A stretch of 64,000 nucleotides of DNA. Source: Trichinella spiralis (taxonomy: Eukaryota). Of the stretch, positions 41,701 to 56,300 are shown piece after piece. The notes under the pieces were generated by a model. The model had not been told where the DNA came from. It did not search any database and saw only the letters and a program-made list of their open reading frames with translations. Positions within the stretch are counted from its first letter, which is position 1, and each line of letters begins with the position of its first letter. The translations under genes and the position numbers were made by a program. The DNA lies in assembly GCF_000181795.1 (NCBI RefSeq), contig NW_003526941.1, forward strand, positions 8,606,140-8,670,139, written 5' to 3'.

Positions 41701-44680
41701 CGCCGGCCGAGAGGCGCCTTCTTCTTCCTCCTCGTGCTCCAACTTCAAAAACGACTGCACAACGGCGGTGGCGGTATTGACTGCACAACGCCGCTGCTTC
41801 CGGCTTGATTGGTAGCTTTCTCTTGTTCAAAATTGTAAAAAATTTCTTGTCCAAGAAAAAAATGGCCGTCGTCCAATATGTATACGCGGGATGTTGAACG
41901 ATTTCTGTTCTCTTCTTCTTCTACGCCGTTTTTGGATCCAATACAAACGATCCAATCCACCTTGGCCGGCAAGGTGCACAATACACTGAACACCAACTAC
42001 TCTTCCTCAATTTCAAATATACTATATCTTTGACTCCTTTTTCTCGTGTATATGTATGTATATTTGTGTGTATGTGTATGTGTATGTGTTGTTAATGCTG
42101 ATGTTCTGCTGCTGTTCGCTGTTGCTGCTGCTCTTGCTGCTGCTGTTGGCTGTTGCTGCTGCTCTGCTGACTAGCCAGCCGGTGACGACAACAACACAAT
42201 GACGATTTTTCTCAATCAGTCTGCCGTTGGACTTTCCACCAGCACCGGTTGGTTGGTTAATTTTCGGTGCAGATAAATTTTTTCTTCTCGCTTCTCCACC
42301 ACGCGTCCAACTTACACTAAAATCCATCAAAGATAATGATTAATTTATTATTATTTCATTATTATCATTATAAAACTTTCGCATGACGAGAAGAATATTA
42401 TCGCGTCAGTATTTATATTAAAATGCAAACCAACCGACCAACAATGACGACGACGATGAATAAAAAAAATTATGATGATCATGATCATGCTGAGAAAATA
42501 CAAAAAAAAACAAAGCATACAGGTGTGTGATAAATAGTACCCTCTGAGTGAGTAAACAAAAAAAAATTACATATGTATACCGAGGAGGATTCGGATAGAA
42601 GCCGAAGAACAAGAACACAAGCATTTGGGAAGAAACGAACGCAGTGCCGCCCGCGTGGCAGCGAATCGGATGCGATGTATGATGATCGTCGGTCGTTATT
42701 TTGGCCAGTCATAGTCGGCGTTGAAAGAGAAACACACACTCCCTCTCTCTTTCCCTCATCGACACACACACACACACGCACGCATACATATGCATAGATA
42801 TATGAACTTATGCATACGTATAATTCGCTTATACGTCGTACACACAAATGGAGAAGGAAAATGAAAATGAACAAAAAGGCCCGTAAACATCATAAAACGC
42901 GCATAAAATTATTTGAAACAAAAAGTAATACAAAAATATTAAAATATGCGAAATGAGAAAAATTAGAAAAACCAGCCTGATCGTAGGTAGTATTAACCAA
43001 ATTAGCTGAAACAATTGTGCATGGGTGTTTTATGAACAACACTGGTGGAGTAGACGACTAGTTTTCTCTATCTCTGCGATTACTATAGTACAGGCAAGCA
43101 AGCAAGCAAGCAAGTAATGATCCTCCATAATCCGTCGTCTTGGAAACTGGGCTGTGCATTGACCGCAAATCCTATTTTATCTATCTATCAGGTCAACATT
43201 ATCCCGCTCGAAGCATGAAAGCTCGATTCGCTTTCAAATCCGAGATTGCTGATCAATTGTTATGTGGTCAATAATGATGATGATGATGATGTTGGTGAAA
43301 TAAATTTGGAAAAATTGGTAATTTTTCAAAAATTCACCCACAAATAACAAACATGTGCACCAGTTTGTCCACCAGTCAATCAGCAGGTGGGCCAAGCTAA
43401 ATCGTCGAACATTTTTATCCCAAAAACCGAAAGCTTGTCCTTGAGCCTTGCAGTCGTCAGAAACATCTAGCCTTGACACATCAGAAAAATGAAAAAGATT
43501 AAACTACCCGATACAGAAACCACAACGACGACAACAACAACAACAGCAACGACAGTTGAATAATTTGAAGAAAAAAAATACAGTTTTCTCTTCTCATTCT
43601 TTTGTAAAAGCAGCAAATATGCAATGCTTGATTATTTTGCTGTATATCATGATGATGATGGATGGATGGATGGATGGATGGATCAAATTGCATAAAATCA
43701 ACTGCAGTTGGTCGATTGGCAAAATTGGAAAACGTTGCAATGATCGACCAACTCGACAAATGCAGTATTAAACGTAGTAATAGTTAGTAGTAGCAGCAGC
43801 GGTATTCAAGCCGGTCTTCAAACCGGTGCTTTCGATGCTCTCTCTCTCTTGGATGACACGATCACCAATGACAAATCTTGTTCCTACGATGTTCTTTCTC
43901 ACCTGCCAGGGTTGTGTCTCAATCAGTCTGTCTATCCAAGCGGCAAGCAACCAGTTGAAAATTGTTCTTCTACTCCTACTACTTCACTATTCACCACCGT
44001 CTATACAGCAGATACATGTATATATACGGAAAACAATATATAGCATAAGATAGATATATAGATATGCATGTATGATTCTGCTGTCTGTATTCTATTTGCA
44101 CATTTTCAGCTTGAATTTGGGTCGCGCTTCAATTTGTAACAATTTTTACAATTTTACAAGCAGTTTAGCCTGAGGATCAACCAATCACATATATCAAAAG
44201 CCAAATCAAACAAACGAAATATATATATATATGTAATAATTCACCGACGTTGCGCATGCACAATGCTCTTTGCTCAGCGGCCTATATTCTTCTTCTTTGT
44301 CGCTCTTCAATCATCATCTTTTGCTCTTTTCAATCTTGCCGCTTGTTCCTTCAAAACCTCTCCTGCTTTCATTCAGGCTTTATATTTTCTCTTGGAAACT
44401 TTTCATTCACCCTCCCTACTTTTTAAACAGCAAAAATCCTCCAAAACGCCACCGTCTTTTTTCTGCCCTTTTTCATTTTCTTCTTTAAATGAAAACATCT
44501 TTCTAAGCATACAGTTTTATCATTCACTTTTCATTTACCTTTTAAAAATTAAAAAAAAAACATATATATATACTTACATTTCAATAAAATATATTATTCA
44601 AATAAAGTTAAAAAAACACTGCACTGTTTTTCAACTGTAAGTAAACAGAGTATTCAATTTTGATCATCACATTAGTTGAA

Positions 44681-44717
<37 letters not shown>

Positions 44718-47308
44718 GTAGATCGACAAAGTAACAATATCCGCGTTGATTATTATTATTATTATCATTACTATTGTCAATCAAACAAAGCGTATCTCAT
44801 TACATGCGTGCTTCGAAAGTAGAAAAAAAGTCTTGCTATAAAAATGCTATCTATCTATATGCATGACGCATTTTGCAGAAATGCCCAAAAGCAAACAGAT
44901 AAAAGAACTGCTACAATCAATTACGATTATTTTTGAAAGCTAACCAGATTTTGCATGAAAATTTAAAATTGAATTTCAGCACACAGACCAGAAAACACTT
45001 ACATTGTACGAATACAAGAAATTCAACAAAACAGAAAGCAAAATTGTGCAACTGAATTAATTATTTATAATGCCACAACGACCATCCATCATCGTTCACT
45101 AAATCAATGTCAAATAATATTGTAAACTACATTTCTGAAAACAAAACAATTTCAGTTAACTAATTGCCATCAAATAAATATGCCCGATTCGATAAACATT
45201 AACAAACGTTAAATAAAATAATAAAGAAAAATGATTTTATAAAAAAAAATTTTATCATTCAAAATTTCAACTCTGTTTCCACTTATTTTTGACAACAATG
45301 AACTGTGAATTCAAGAAGAAAAGGAGAAAAAAAAAGAAGAAAAACCATCACATTTATCTATCTATCTATCTATCTATCTATTTATCTAATCTGTCTGTAC
45401 AGTTGGATAAAATGAATATTATGACATTGATAACTTTTGATAGTTTTCAATGATAATTTTGTGAAGGAAATTTAAATTTGCCCTTGGAAAATTCAAAATT
45501 TCAAAAAATCCTGTCAAAAAAATGCTTTCAAAAGTAGTGAATACAAAATGTGGAGTAGGCAAAATGACAGTTCTGAAAAAAAATAATCTCTCACTAATGG
45601 GAACGAATGCGCTTGTATTCTATTCTTCCGCATTCCAAAAACCCAATTACAGACCAGACGAAAAATCAAACAACCTTGCAAATGCAACAGGGATATAAAT
45701 TTACTAGATAATATACACTACACTACACTACACTACATTAAAGTATACTATACTATAATATAATATAATATCACGAATGATCCCATCGCATATTGAATAA
45801 TAAATGTAAAAATCCACATCAATTCTCACTTTTGCAGTTTGTTCATTTTTACTTTACAAAAAGAAAAATTGCAATTTAATTTCAAAATTGCATGGAAAAT
45901 TAACTGAAAACTTTTTAATCACTTCACAATCGACTTTGGGAATATTTTGCGAGGAAAATTTTCACTAAAATCTCGGTTAAGTTGCAACTTAATTAATTGA
46001 TTGTTTCCTGCCGAAATAGCGCTTCTTCATTCACCTCCGCTCAAAAATACGAAAAATAAGTAAAACTGACAACAAGCAAACAACACTCAACAAAGCCGTG
46101 TGTATCTATCTATCTATCTATCTGCACACACACAAACACATACTGCTTAACAAAGCTCAATCTGAGCGACCAGTAATTGCCAATATTTTGGAAAACCAAT
46201 TTTTCCTAGCCGTTTAGTCAAAACGATGGATATAGAAGAAAAAGAAGAATAAGAAGAGAAAGAATAATACGAAGAAGAAGATATCGATGATGTTAAGCAA
46301 TTTTCACATGCTGTCAACAATGAATAGCAAGTAAAAACGAAAGTGAAAGAAAAATCATATCACACCACCAGTGGCTTTTGATCATCATTCTCTTTCAAAT
46401 ATTTTCAAACGCTGATTGAATATATAATAATCAAAAGAATACATTTTTATACCTATCCTAATTAACAAAAAACATGGAATATTCATTGAAAAATGAAATC
46501 TAAATTTAACATCAAGCTAACAGTAATCAATAATCACCACATCTATGCCATCTATGCTTTAACGTAAGATAATTTTTTAAAATAATCTCAATTGATTTTA
46601 AAGTGAAAAAGAATAACAACAATTTCACAATAATACTACTCCAACAATGCAACACTCACACACACACACACACACGATAATACAACGCTAAATTGAATAG
46701 CAGAAAAAAAATTGTTATTGTCGAGCTGATTGATATAAGCTGTAAGTTGTTGTTTTTCAGTATTTTTTTTTGAATTTTGTACACACACAACAACTGATGT
46801 ATGCACCTAGTTTTAAATTTGAACAGATTGCTTTCCTAGAGCTAGAACTATTATTACAATTAACGTCAGAGTAATGGTATTATTTATCACAGTTATTGGT
46901 ATTGTCGTATGACCAGGAGGAAAAAAAATTTGCACCAACGTTGTCATTATCATCCATATGTTGAAAATAAAAATGGATGGATGAATGAGTAAATTCAAAT
47001 TCAATCAGTCAAGCTGCTAAAGCGGCAAAAGTAGAACAGGATAAAAAGCATCGGCATGCTGCAGCTATACTTGGTACAAGATTGGCTAATGTTCATACGG
47101 AAGAAGAGGAGAAGCAGAAAAAGGAATAAGTGAATGAATAATATAAGTAAGCGAGTGAGAGAAAGTGACTGAGAATGAGTTGTGTGTATGAATAAGTGTA
47201 CACATATGAGCTTCCTTTCTTTGCTCTGAGCCAATTTATTCGGCCCCTCTGCTCTTCGTCCACCTCTCTCGCTCATTTGCACCATCGATCCAAGCCTATC
47301 GATCCGCT

Positions 47309-47330
47309 AGCCGGATCAATTGATCCGGCT
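47309..47330. repeat. Perfect 22-bp palindrome
   Basis: AGCCGGATCAATTGATCCGGCT equals its own reverse complement. Confidence 0.95.
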
Positions 47331-50300
47331 CTAGAATGGGCTGAATCCAGATGAATTATCGACCGACGTTCCTGTCTTCGTCAGATTCGATCGTAATCTG
47401 CTAACGACCCCTCTCCATTTTACATTTCTAAACAGCTTCCTCCACCCTTTTGCATTGCACTTTGTATATATAACAGGAAATATCAGCAGCATCAACTCAC
47501 CTTCACCTATCGATAAGCATATTCAGAAAGAGAGAGAGAGAGAAAAAAAAACCATTTTCTATATGTCAGTTTGCTTTTTCTTCTTTTACAGTAAATTGTA
47601 CAGAAACCGGTACTAGTTAGTATAAAGTAGTGGATGGAAAAATCCAAATTAAAGCCGAGGACAATGGACCCAGACCGGTGATGACTGTACATTGTAGAAG
47701 GTCGGCCGGATAAATCAGGCCAACCAATCAACAACTACTAACACTACAAACAGCAGTAGTGAAAAGCCGCCCAGTACGTTGACCCGGGCAGGCGAGCAGA
47801 GCAGTTGGGCGCGACTAAAGCAGCATCGGTCATCGACGACAACAACGTCTGATTGACCTACCTTTGCTAATACAAGAACTGCCATCTTTACGCTTTATCC
47901 GCGAAAATGTCTAGATGTGTGTGCGCTTACCAAACAAATAAACAAACAATCGACGAACGTTCGTCGTTCCACGAGGCACCGGATGTTGTACGGCTTCACG
48001 CTACTCCCTTCCTCCCCTTCCCCCTTCCCTGCTCGAAAAACTCGTGAAAAGATCAAAATGTCGACAATTACACAAGATCACACGCACGCATATTACACAT
48101 GCCCATACAAAGAGCTTGCAGCGACACGTCGTGCCAATTCGACAATAAAGCTGTCAAGCGAAAACAGCCAGCAAACAACAGTGCAGATAGATGGACAGAT
48201 ATTGATAGGGGGGGGGTGCATTTTCCAGCTACCAAAACTAATAACTCTAGCAAATGAAAGTAAAAAAAACATCATTCTTCACTATCGTCTCATTTTCTTA
48301 CATTAAACAAAAGATAAAAATTAAAATTATTCATCATAACTACACATAATAATTAATTATTTATTTATTTATCTTATTTCTATTACATTTACTCGTTTAT
48401 ATCAATTATAAATTGGAAAAGTAAAAGCAACAACAGCTAGTTTCCCAACACAAAAGTTGAACAAAAATTAGCACAGATAAAAACACAAAATATCGTGTGC
48501 ATTATTTTCAAACTGTAATAAGGTGTTGCCGTAAAACTGAAAATTTCGACCAACAAAAATCCTATATAACATACTAATATAAAAAAAACACAATATGCGC
48601 GAATACTTGTTATTGTACAAAGAAAATGAATACTTTAAAAGTAAAGCAGAATGTACACAAATGGATGATGATGCACTTTTATGAAAGTATGTCACAACAA
48701 CAATCTCTTGACAGCTTTGCTACAGTATCAAAAAGTACAGTATTGGAAAAGAGAAACAGCGATTTTATAGATTGCGCATTAGACGGACGGTTCAGAAGAG
48801 GAAGTGAATAGGAATTCAAGTCGTAAATTTGTCTAACAATGTAAAAAAAAAAACAACAAGCCGACATCTGTTAATCTCGGTTGAATCACTTGTACAATTA
48901 TTTGCACAGTGAAACAAAGTTGTGCAGAAAATGATACTGCAGCCCACGGAACCATAAACAGATTTAAGATACCCACCCGCGAAGAGAGAAAAGTTAAAAA
49001 CGTTACGCAGATAGACGTGCAGAAGACGTAATACAGACAGTGAGAGAGAGACAGCTTTTCACAACGCTACTACCATCATACAGCTAAGAAGTTTTCTGTT
49101 GACCAAGTTGATCGAGATTCAAAAGCAAATACATTGGCAATAGTGATGTTTCATTCAACTGTCAGCAAAAACCGTCACCAAGTAAATGTGCAGTGATATC
49201 CGACTTTTTTCTGATAAAAAGCTGCCATTTGCATGAAGCATTTTCTTGCGTCATCGTAACTTGAATAAATAATAATAAAAAACCCACACGCTATTATTTT
49301 CTCAACCTTTAATCTAAAGTAGTTCAAATGATGAAATCAAATTCTCGTTGACTAATCTCTTTCGTTAAATCTTTCTTTCTTTCCCAGTTAAGCTACGTAT
49401 CAAAATATGCACGCACCATGTGTCCATTATACGTATACATGCACGAATATGATGTACAATAACGCGATTATATTCAATATTTCTTATTTTGTTGAATTTT
49501 AAATTTTTTAAAATAATCGCAAAGAAAAATCATCATTTGATAAATTTATCTATAAATGTATCTAAATCTATATCTACAGGCTTGTTCACGTTTCATTAAT
49601 TCATAAATTAATAATGAATGAATGAATGAATGAGAAAATGAATGATTACAATTGGAAAAATATTTGCCATCCATCTCCTGAATAATAGCAAATAAAAAAA
49701 AAGATTAAAATTAAATAAATAAATATACAGAATATTATATTGAGAAATATTGGTGAAAAACAGTATAATAAGCAGTTTATCGTTACCAGCAAGCAGAAAG
49801 TGATGTTTGTTCGAAAGAGAGAGAGAGAGCTGAAAATTTGTTCGCAGCGTGGTGGTGGTGGTGGTGGTGAATAGATTGAGCTCAAAGATAAGAAAGCAAC
49901 GAGAAAAGAATTTGATGAAATAAAGAACCTGCTGATTCATCGAACTTTACACAGCCCAAAGACGAGAACTTTTAATCTTGAATGTTTGAAAAAGTGCTCG
50001 CTGCGACCTAAATCAAAAACCGCAAAACACGGACACCATTCTTTTCTACTTGTAATAAAAGTACAGTGTAAAAATAGACCTGAACATGGCACGTTTGCAA
50101 TATGCGTGATGCATGCATGCATACAAATAAAAATATACGGACAAACCAATAAGCATATACGCATATATGATGAATGACAAACAGAAGAGTACAGAAACAA
50201 TATCCATCGAAGAAGCTTGAATTGAAGAAAAAAAATCAAGAAGACATTATCTCTTCAGTGTGTCAGCAGAAGCATTTCATCGCTACACGCTTTAAATTGT

Positions 50301-53300
50301 CGTTTGATATTAAAAAATTTGAGGAAAGAAAATAAAAATTTCAAAAAGAACTATCCCAACAAGAAGAAGAAGAAGAAGAAGAAGAAGCAGTTCAGATGGT
50401 CAGTCAGATGTGGAGAAAGCTTTGCTTGTTTGTTTGTTGGAAAATGCTATACAGAAATAGGGATGATGAAAAAAAAAGGAAAAGGAAAAGTAAAAAGTAA
50501 AAATCGGGCCAATCAAAGCCAAACCTGTATCGCAGACGCAACAGGCAGAATAATTTCTTCCTTGTAATTGCTGAAATGTCAAAGACGAACTTTTCATCAT
50601 TGTCCATGATTTCTTTTATCACCATCACCTTTGCCAGTGCCCACAATTTGAAAATGATAATTTATCAAAAATAAAAATTTCTTTTAAACTGTCAAAATAA
50701 TATTATCATTTCATTTTCAAAATCCTGTCATCTGCTACGAATACTGCTGCTTTTTTCTTTCAATTTGAATAACCTTTTCACAACGAACGACAATCAAAAA
50801 AGCACAGTGTAAAAATTTCGATAGTAAAGCAACATAGGCAGGCAGTAAGCATGCTTATACGTGCGCGCAACGTGACCAAAGCGTTGTAGAATTGAAGATA
50901 AATTACACTTGAACGTCTGTGAGATGAAATTCTCTCGAAACGACATCGTCAAATAGAAGAAAGCTGCTTTTCAGTCAGTGAGAGAAGAGAAGAGAGTTAA
51001 GTGAAGTTCAGCTTTCGCCGGCTGGATAAGCCGGAGGCGGGAAGGATGATAGAAAGCAAGAGCGCATCTCGTTTTTTTTCTTCGTCTTCTTTTTTTTCTC
51101 AATCTCCTCTTTCAATTGCATTCGAAAGAAAAAACGATAAAGAATACGCATAAGTAAAGGGGGTAGGGGGAAGGGGATAAAGAAGATTTTCGACGGAAAA
51201 AATACAACAATTATAAACAAAAACACTCTATTCCAAGCACACTGTGATCTATGGGAAAAATAGTTCTATAAGTCTTATAGTTTAATTTATACGAGTGAGT
51301 GAGTTTGTGTAAGAAAAGTTAAAGAAACAACAGAAAAAACCATAAAAATAGCAAACAATGTTCCTTTTCAACGGTAGTAAAATTTTCTCACTGGAGAAAA
51401 AAGAAAATACAACCAACGATCGACAGAAAAGAGACGTGGAAAAAAGTAAAAAGAAGAAAAAAAACGCAACACCAACTTTTGCTAGAAAATCGAATTCCCA
51501 ATGATAAGAAATAATATTTTTTTTTCGGAAAAAAAAGAGCAACAGCAATAGAAAAATAGCGAGCAACAAACAGCAGCAACAAGCAGCAGTTGTAGTAGTA
51601 AAATGGGCAACTATTGTGAGGAGAAGTCAACTTCAACTTCATTCATGCATGTCGACAAAGCAACCAACCAAACGTGCAACGTGGTTTGGTTGCTGTGTCA
51701 AAAATTTCCAACCATCATCAATCTTTGCAACGTTGGAAATTTTATTTATCCCATGCTGCAAAAGTTATAGAAATACAACATCTTCTATGCTTTTGAAAAG
51801 TTGAAAAGAAAAGTTTTAAATTGCAGAATAAAAATAAAAACTTCAAGGGACATTTTCAAAATTGCAATTGTAACATTAAAATTAAAAAAAAAGAGCACAC
51901 ACACACACACACACTTTCCCTTTATATTTTCAAGAAAATATATTTCAGCTAATAATAATAATAATAATATATTCGATGCAAAGGTGATTGAATTGCAATG
52001 GTAAAGACATACATGATGATGACCCTGAGAGAATGTCCGATTTGCAGGCGAATGCACAAGCCTGCACAAGCAACGGGCTGGCTATGCACAATTGTATGTA
52101 CTAAGGCAAATGTTTACGTCTGGCATTTGATAAGTTGGTGGTACGGAGAAGAACAACATCGTTGGCCAAGTCCATTTTTGAAAGCTCAGCAAACAACAAT
52201 CAACAACCTCCTCTAATGGGAAATGCGGAAACAGGTCACCACTGCCCAATTATTGAATAGAAAAATTTCAAAGCCAGCAGGATTTAAAATGAACAGAAAT
52301 ATCTATTTATATAAATAGACAAAAGCTACAACACTACCATAAACTTCCATATCTATACTAATAAGCACGATGATACTAAAGATATACGAAGATAATAATT
52401 AAACACAGTATTGGATTCTTACCCAAATGGAACGTTGAAGTCGTGAAAAAAATGAATTTCAATACTGATATTGGATAGTGAAAATTGAAAACAAACAAAT
52501 AGCTGAAAGTGACGACGACGACGACGACGACAATGCTTTGCTGTTGAAGAGAGATAAAAAGAGAAGAAGAAAGCGACATGAAATTCTGCTAACAACTTCC
52601 ACAGACGACGACAAACATACATGCACAGATACAACAGTGAAGCATACGCATACGGCAGATGATAAATGTGATCCAAGGACGACGACAGACAGCAATGTCT
52701 TGTTTACGACTTTGTCCGCGACCTGAATGCTTCACGACCAGGGTGACAATGTATTTGGGGTGACAGCCAAAAGCGACTAAACTAAAATGTCTAGCCAGAA
52801 CCCCTTTGACAACGTGCAAGTATTATTATTATTATTATTATTATCATTATTGTGGACGAGAAACGATTATTAGCTCTCACGTGAGCAAAACGACGACGGC
52901 CAAGCTTGACGCCGGTTGGTTCTTTTGCAAGCGTCGCGACGATCGTACATCTCGACTCTTGATGCCCTACCTGTCCTTGACGATTACTTGTTCTACGTTT
53001 GCATCATCAACATCATAATCAACACTAACATGATCATTTAAAACAACACATACACACACATTTATACTTATATCTGTATTTTGTTGTTGGTATTATTTGT
53101 AAAATTTCATTTTCCACAACAGTGATAGTAATAATAATACTAATAATAATAATTACATCGACTATTAAAAGTAAAAATAACTAACCAAATAAATGATCAG
53201 ATTAAAATGACAAAAACACTAATTATACAATAGCTATAAACAGCAACAACAACAACGACGACAACGATATATATGAATGTTTGTAACCGACGGGTGAGAG

Positions 53301-56300
53301 AGCCAAAAACTAAGTAATAATTGCCCTGGTGGAAACTTACTATATACAAATGCCGTCCGTATAGTGAAAATTGTCGCCAACAAATTTCTGCTTGAATATG
53401 TCAAAGCAAATCACCTATCTCTCGTATCGTAATTAACTCTCAGAAAAGCAAACACAACATTGTAAATAAACTATTTTTTCTTCCATAGCAATCATCACAA
53501 CTTTTCGATGAATTGGAGAAAATAAAACAGTGAAAAGACTCAAACTCCAAAAATCCCATTCTCACTTTTCTCTAGCTAACAATCAAATCAAGACATCAAC
53601 CCAATCCCACGGGTGGGATCGCACTCGCTTAAATATAATAAATTGCTATTCAACAAATAAAAGTGACATCTACAGAGTTGTCAGCGAAAAGAAACTGCTT
53701 GCTGCCAAAGAGAAAATGTATCCAATTTTCAAATATACAACAAACACTTATGCATATATTTGTGTAAATATAGAAAATTCATCTGTAGAAAAAAAAGATG
53801 AGAAAAATTCTTGCAAAAAATAATAAGCAACGCATGAATGAATCGAATGAACAAAATGTATGAAATTGGCTGACTGATGGTCGTCCCATTTGAAACTGTG
53901 GGAAAAAGGATGAATCAGTTTACAAGTTGGAATTTGTGAAGCAAGTGATAAAGTAAGCAAATATATTATAATATCTGTGCCGGGCGTTAATGGAATCTTT
54001 GACGGATTTGATTTTTCAAAACTGAATGAATCAGCAGCGTTGACAAAGTTGCTGGTCGACCGGTGAAAACAAATACTGATGATCACACGTAGAAAAGATT
54101 TCATACAAACGTCACCGACTTTCTTTTCCTCTTAACACAGTTATCATACATCTACTGAGAACCCTTGTGAAAATGCTATATGCTAATGTATTTTCCTAAC
54201 CTAGTCATGATTGAAAATCAACAGTGGATTTATTCTGCCAGTGGTGATACACAGACAACAACACTGGAATGATGCAACAACAATGTTGCGCATATATAAA
54301 ACGAAACGAGATAGCACCGAAGTGATTTGAATATATAATAAAACGGAAATAGTTGTCATTCTCTTGAATAATTAAAAAGAAATAAAAACTGTTCAATGTC
54401 AAAATGTACGATCAAAAATAACTACGAGAACAGAAATGTTGGAAAAAAGTGAGGAAAATGAATCTTCTTCACATTTACATTTGCTTGGATATTCAAGAAT
54501 GTCCAAAATAAAAAAGAAAACAAACAGATCTGCAGCTAATTTTCCCTATAAGAAGAAGTATAGAATCGAGAATATGCGTTTAAATGACTTTTTGATCAAA
54601 GTGAATAATTGGAATATAAGAAAACAAAATTACACCTTCGCACACTGAATATAAATGGGTTTTCTGATTGACATTTTCAAATTTTATGGTTTTTCCTATT
54701 TCTTGCTGTTTACTTAATAATATTATTTTGTCTTTCAAATTTGAAATCTTGTATTGAATTATATTGGAAAGTTATTAAACTAGTCAGCAACATTATTCAT
54801 TCAAACAACAGATGAAGCATCAGCCGGAAAGCGGCTTGGCAAAAGCCGAAAAAACGACTGACAAACAGACAAATAAACAGCAACAACAACAAAGCAGACT
54901 AGACCGAATATTATAATGAACGCTCGAACGTCGACCCGATTTGAACAAATCACGTGCTTAGAACTGGTTAATGCGCTGGTGTGGATAAATGCAATGGGAA
55001 AAAAAACGATCGACCGACCGCGCAACTGCAAAGATTAGCAGCAAAAGCAGAAGCAGAAGCAGCAGCAGCAGCAGCACATGAAACAAAAATATCAAATATC
55101 AATGCAATGCAGTGAAATTGAATATAATTTCAATTTTAAAATTGAAGATGGATGAGGATGAGGAAGAGGAGGAGGAGGAGGAGGAAGAGGAAAAACAATA
55201 AAACCTACCTCTCCGCATACCTCTCAAAATCCCTACCTGAAAAATAGAAGATAAAAATCGAATATAATAATAATAATAAAAAGCAAATAAATAAATAAAT
55301 TTCACTTTCGAAATGCCATGCTTTGCACAGCAAGCAAGAACTTTTAAAATTAGACAAGACCGGCTGGCTTGAGTCGAATAAGCTATTCATTGTTGTTAGC
55401 TATATGGCTGATTCGGCGGCAGCTTATGCCGCCCGCCGAGGGCGCTAACGGCCGAACGGCGTCAACTGAGCCAGTTTGAAGCGACTCGTTTGGCCGTATA
55501 ATTAGGAAATTTGTCGATCACCGACCGGCTTTATCGCCGGAAAGTGCCCCCCCACCCCACCCCCCATCCATCCACCCACCCACCCACAGCCCGTATCTGC
55601 GAGATCAATGTCTAGAGCTAAGTAGATCCGATCGGTCGAGTTGGATCGATGGCTTCTTGTCAACTATCTCTCCAAACTGAAACGCGAATGCCGAATGCCA
55701 GGCAGATTACGCCACTTTCATCAAGCAATGGACAATTCTTTAATAAACAAACAAAAGCTGTACAATTTAAATTACTACATGCTATAGAAGCTGTAGCTTC
55801 AAAATCTGATAATAAAACTTACACGCATACGGATATTTTTCTTCTTCTTATTCAATTACTCAGAAATAATTGAAAACAGAATAGAAAAACATTAATATAA
55901 ATGTTGCTATATTTGTATTTGCAATATATTTTTTTCCTACATTTTTTTTCTTTATCCCTGATTTAAATTGGAATTACAAATGAGGATTGCATTACAAATC
56001 CCTTGATTCTAATCAGCTAATACACGGAATCATCATGACTGGCATTCCAACAATGTCATATACTGTGAGCAGTATAACTTTTCAAGTGTTGTTTCGAAAA
56101 AGAAAATCACAAAAAGAAGAAAGATGGGAAAAAAAGGAAAAGTTTTTCTTTTTCTTCCACCCGTGAATCATATTCATGAAAATTGAATATTATCACCATT
56201 GTTTATATAAATTTATAGAATGGAAAGTTAAAAAAAATTGCATATGAAAATAAAAATAAAATTTCATCCACTCTATATTTGCCTATAGTGGAAAAGTATG

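Noticed and set aside
41745..41996. Upstream reading frame that would fuse to dve-1 if one T were added in the T5 run near 41750
   Set aside because: The frame has no ATG, and DVE-1 homology begins at MFPIR. It is most simply 5' UTR.
55432..55447. Second CTCF-like motif CCCGCCGAGGGCGCTA
   Set aside because: It mismatches the highly conserved central A, and weak matches are expected in a GC-rich patch.
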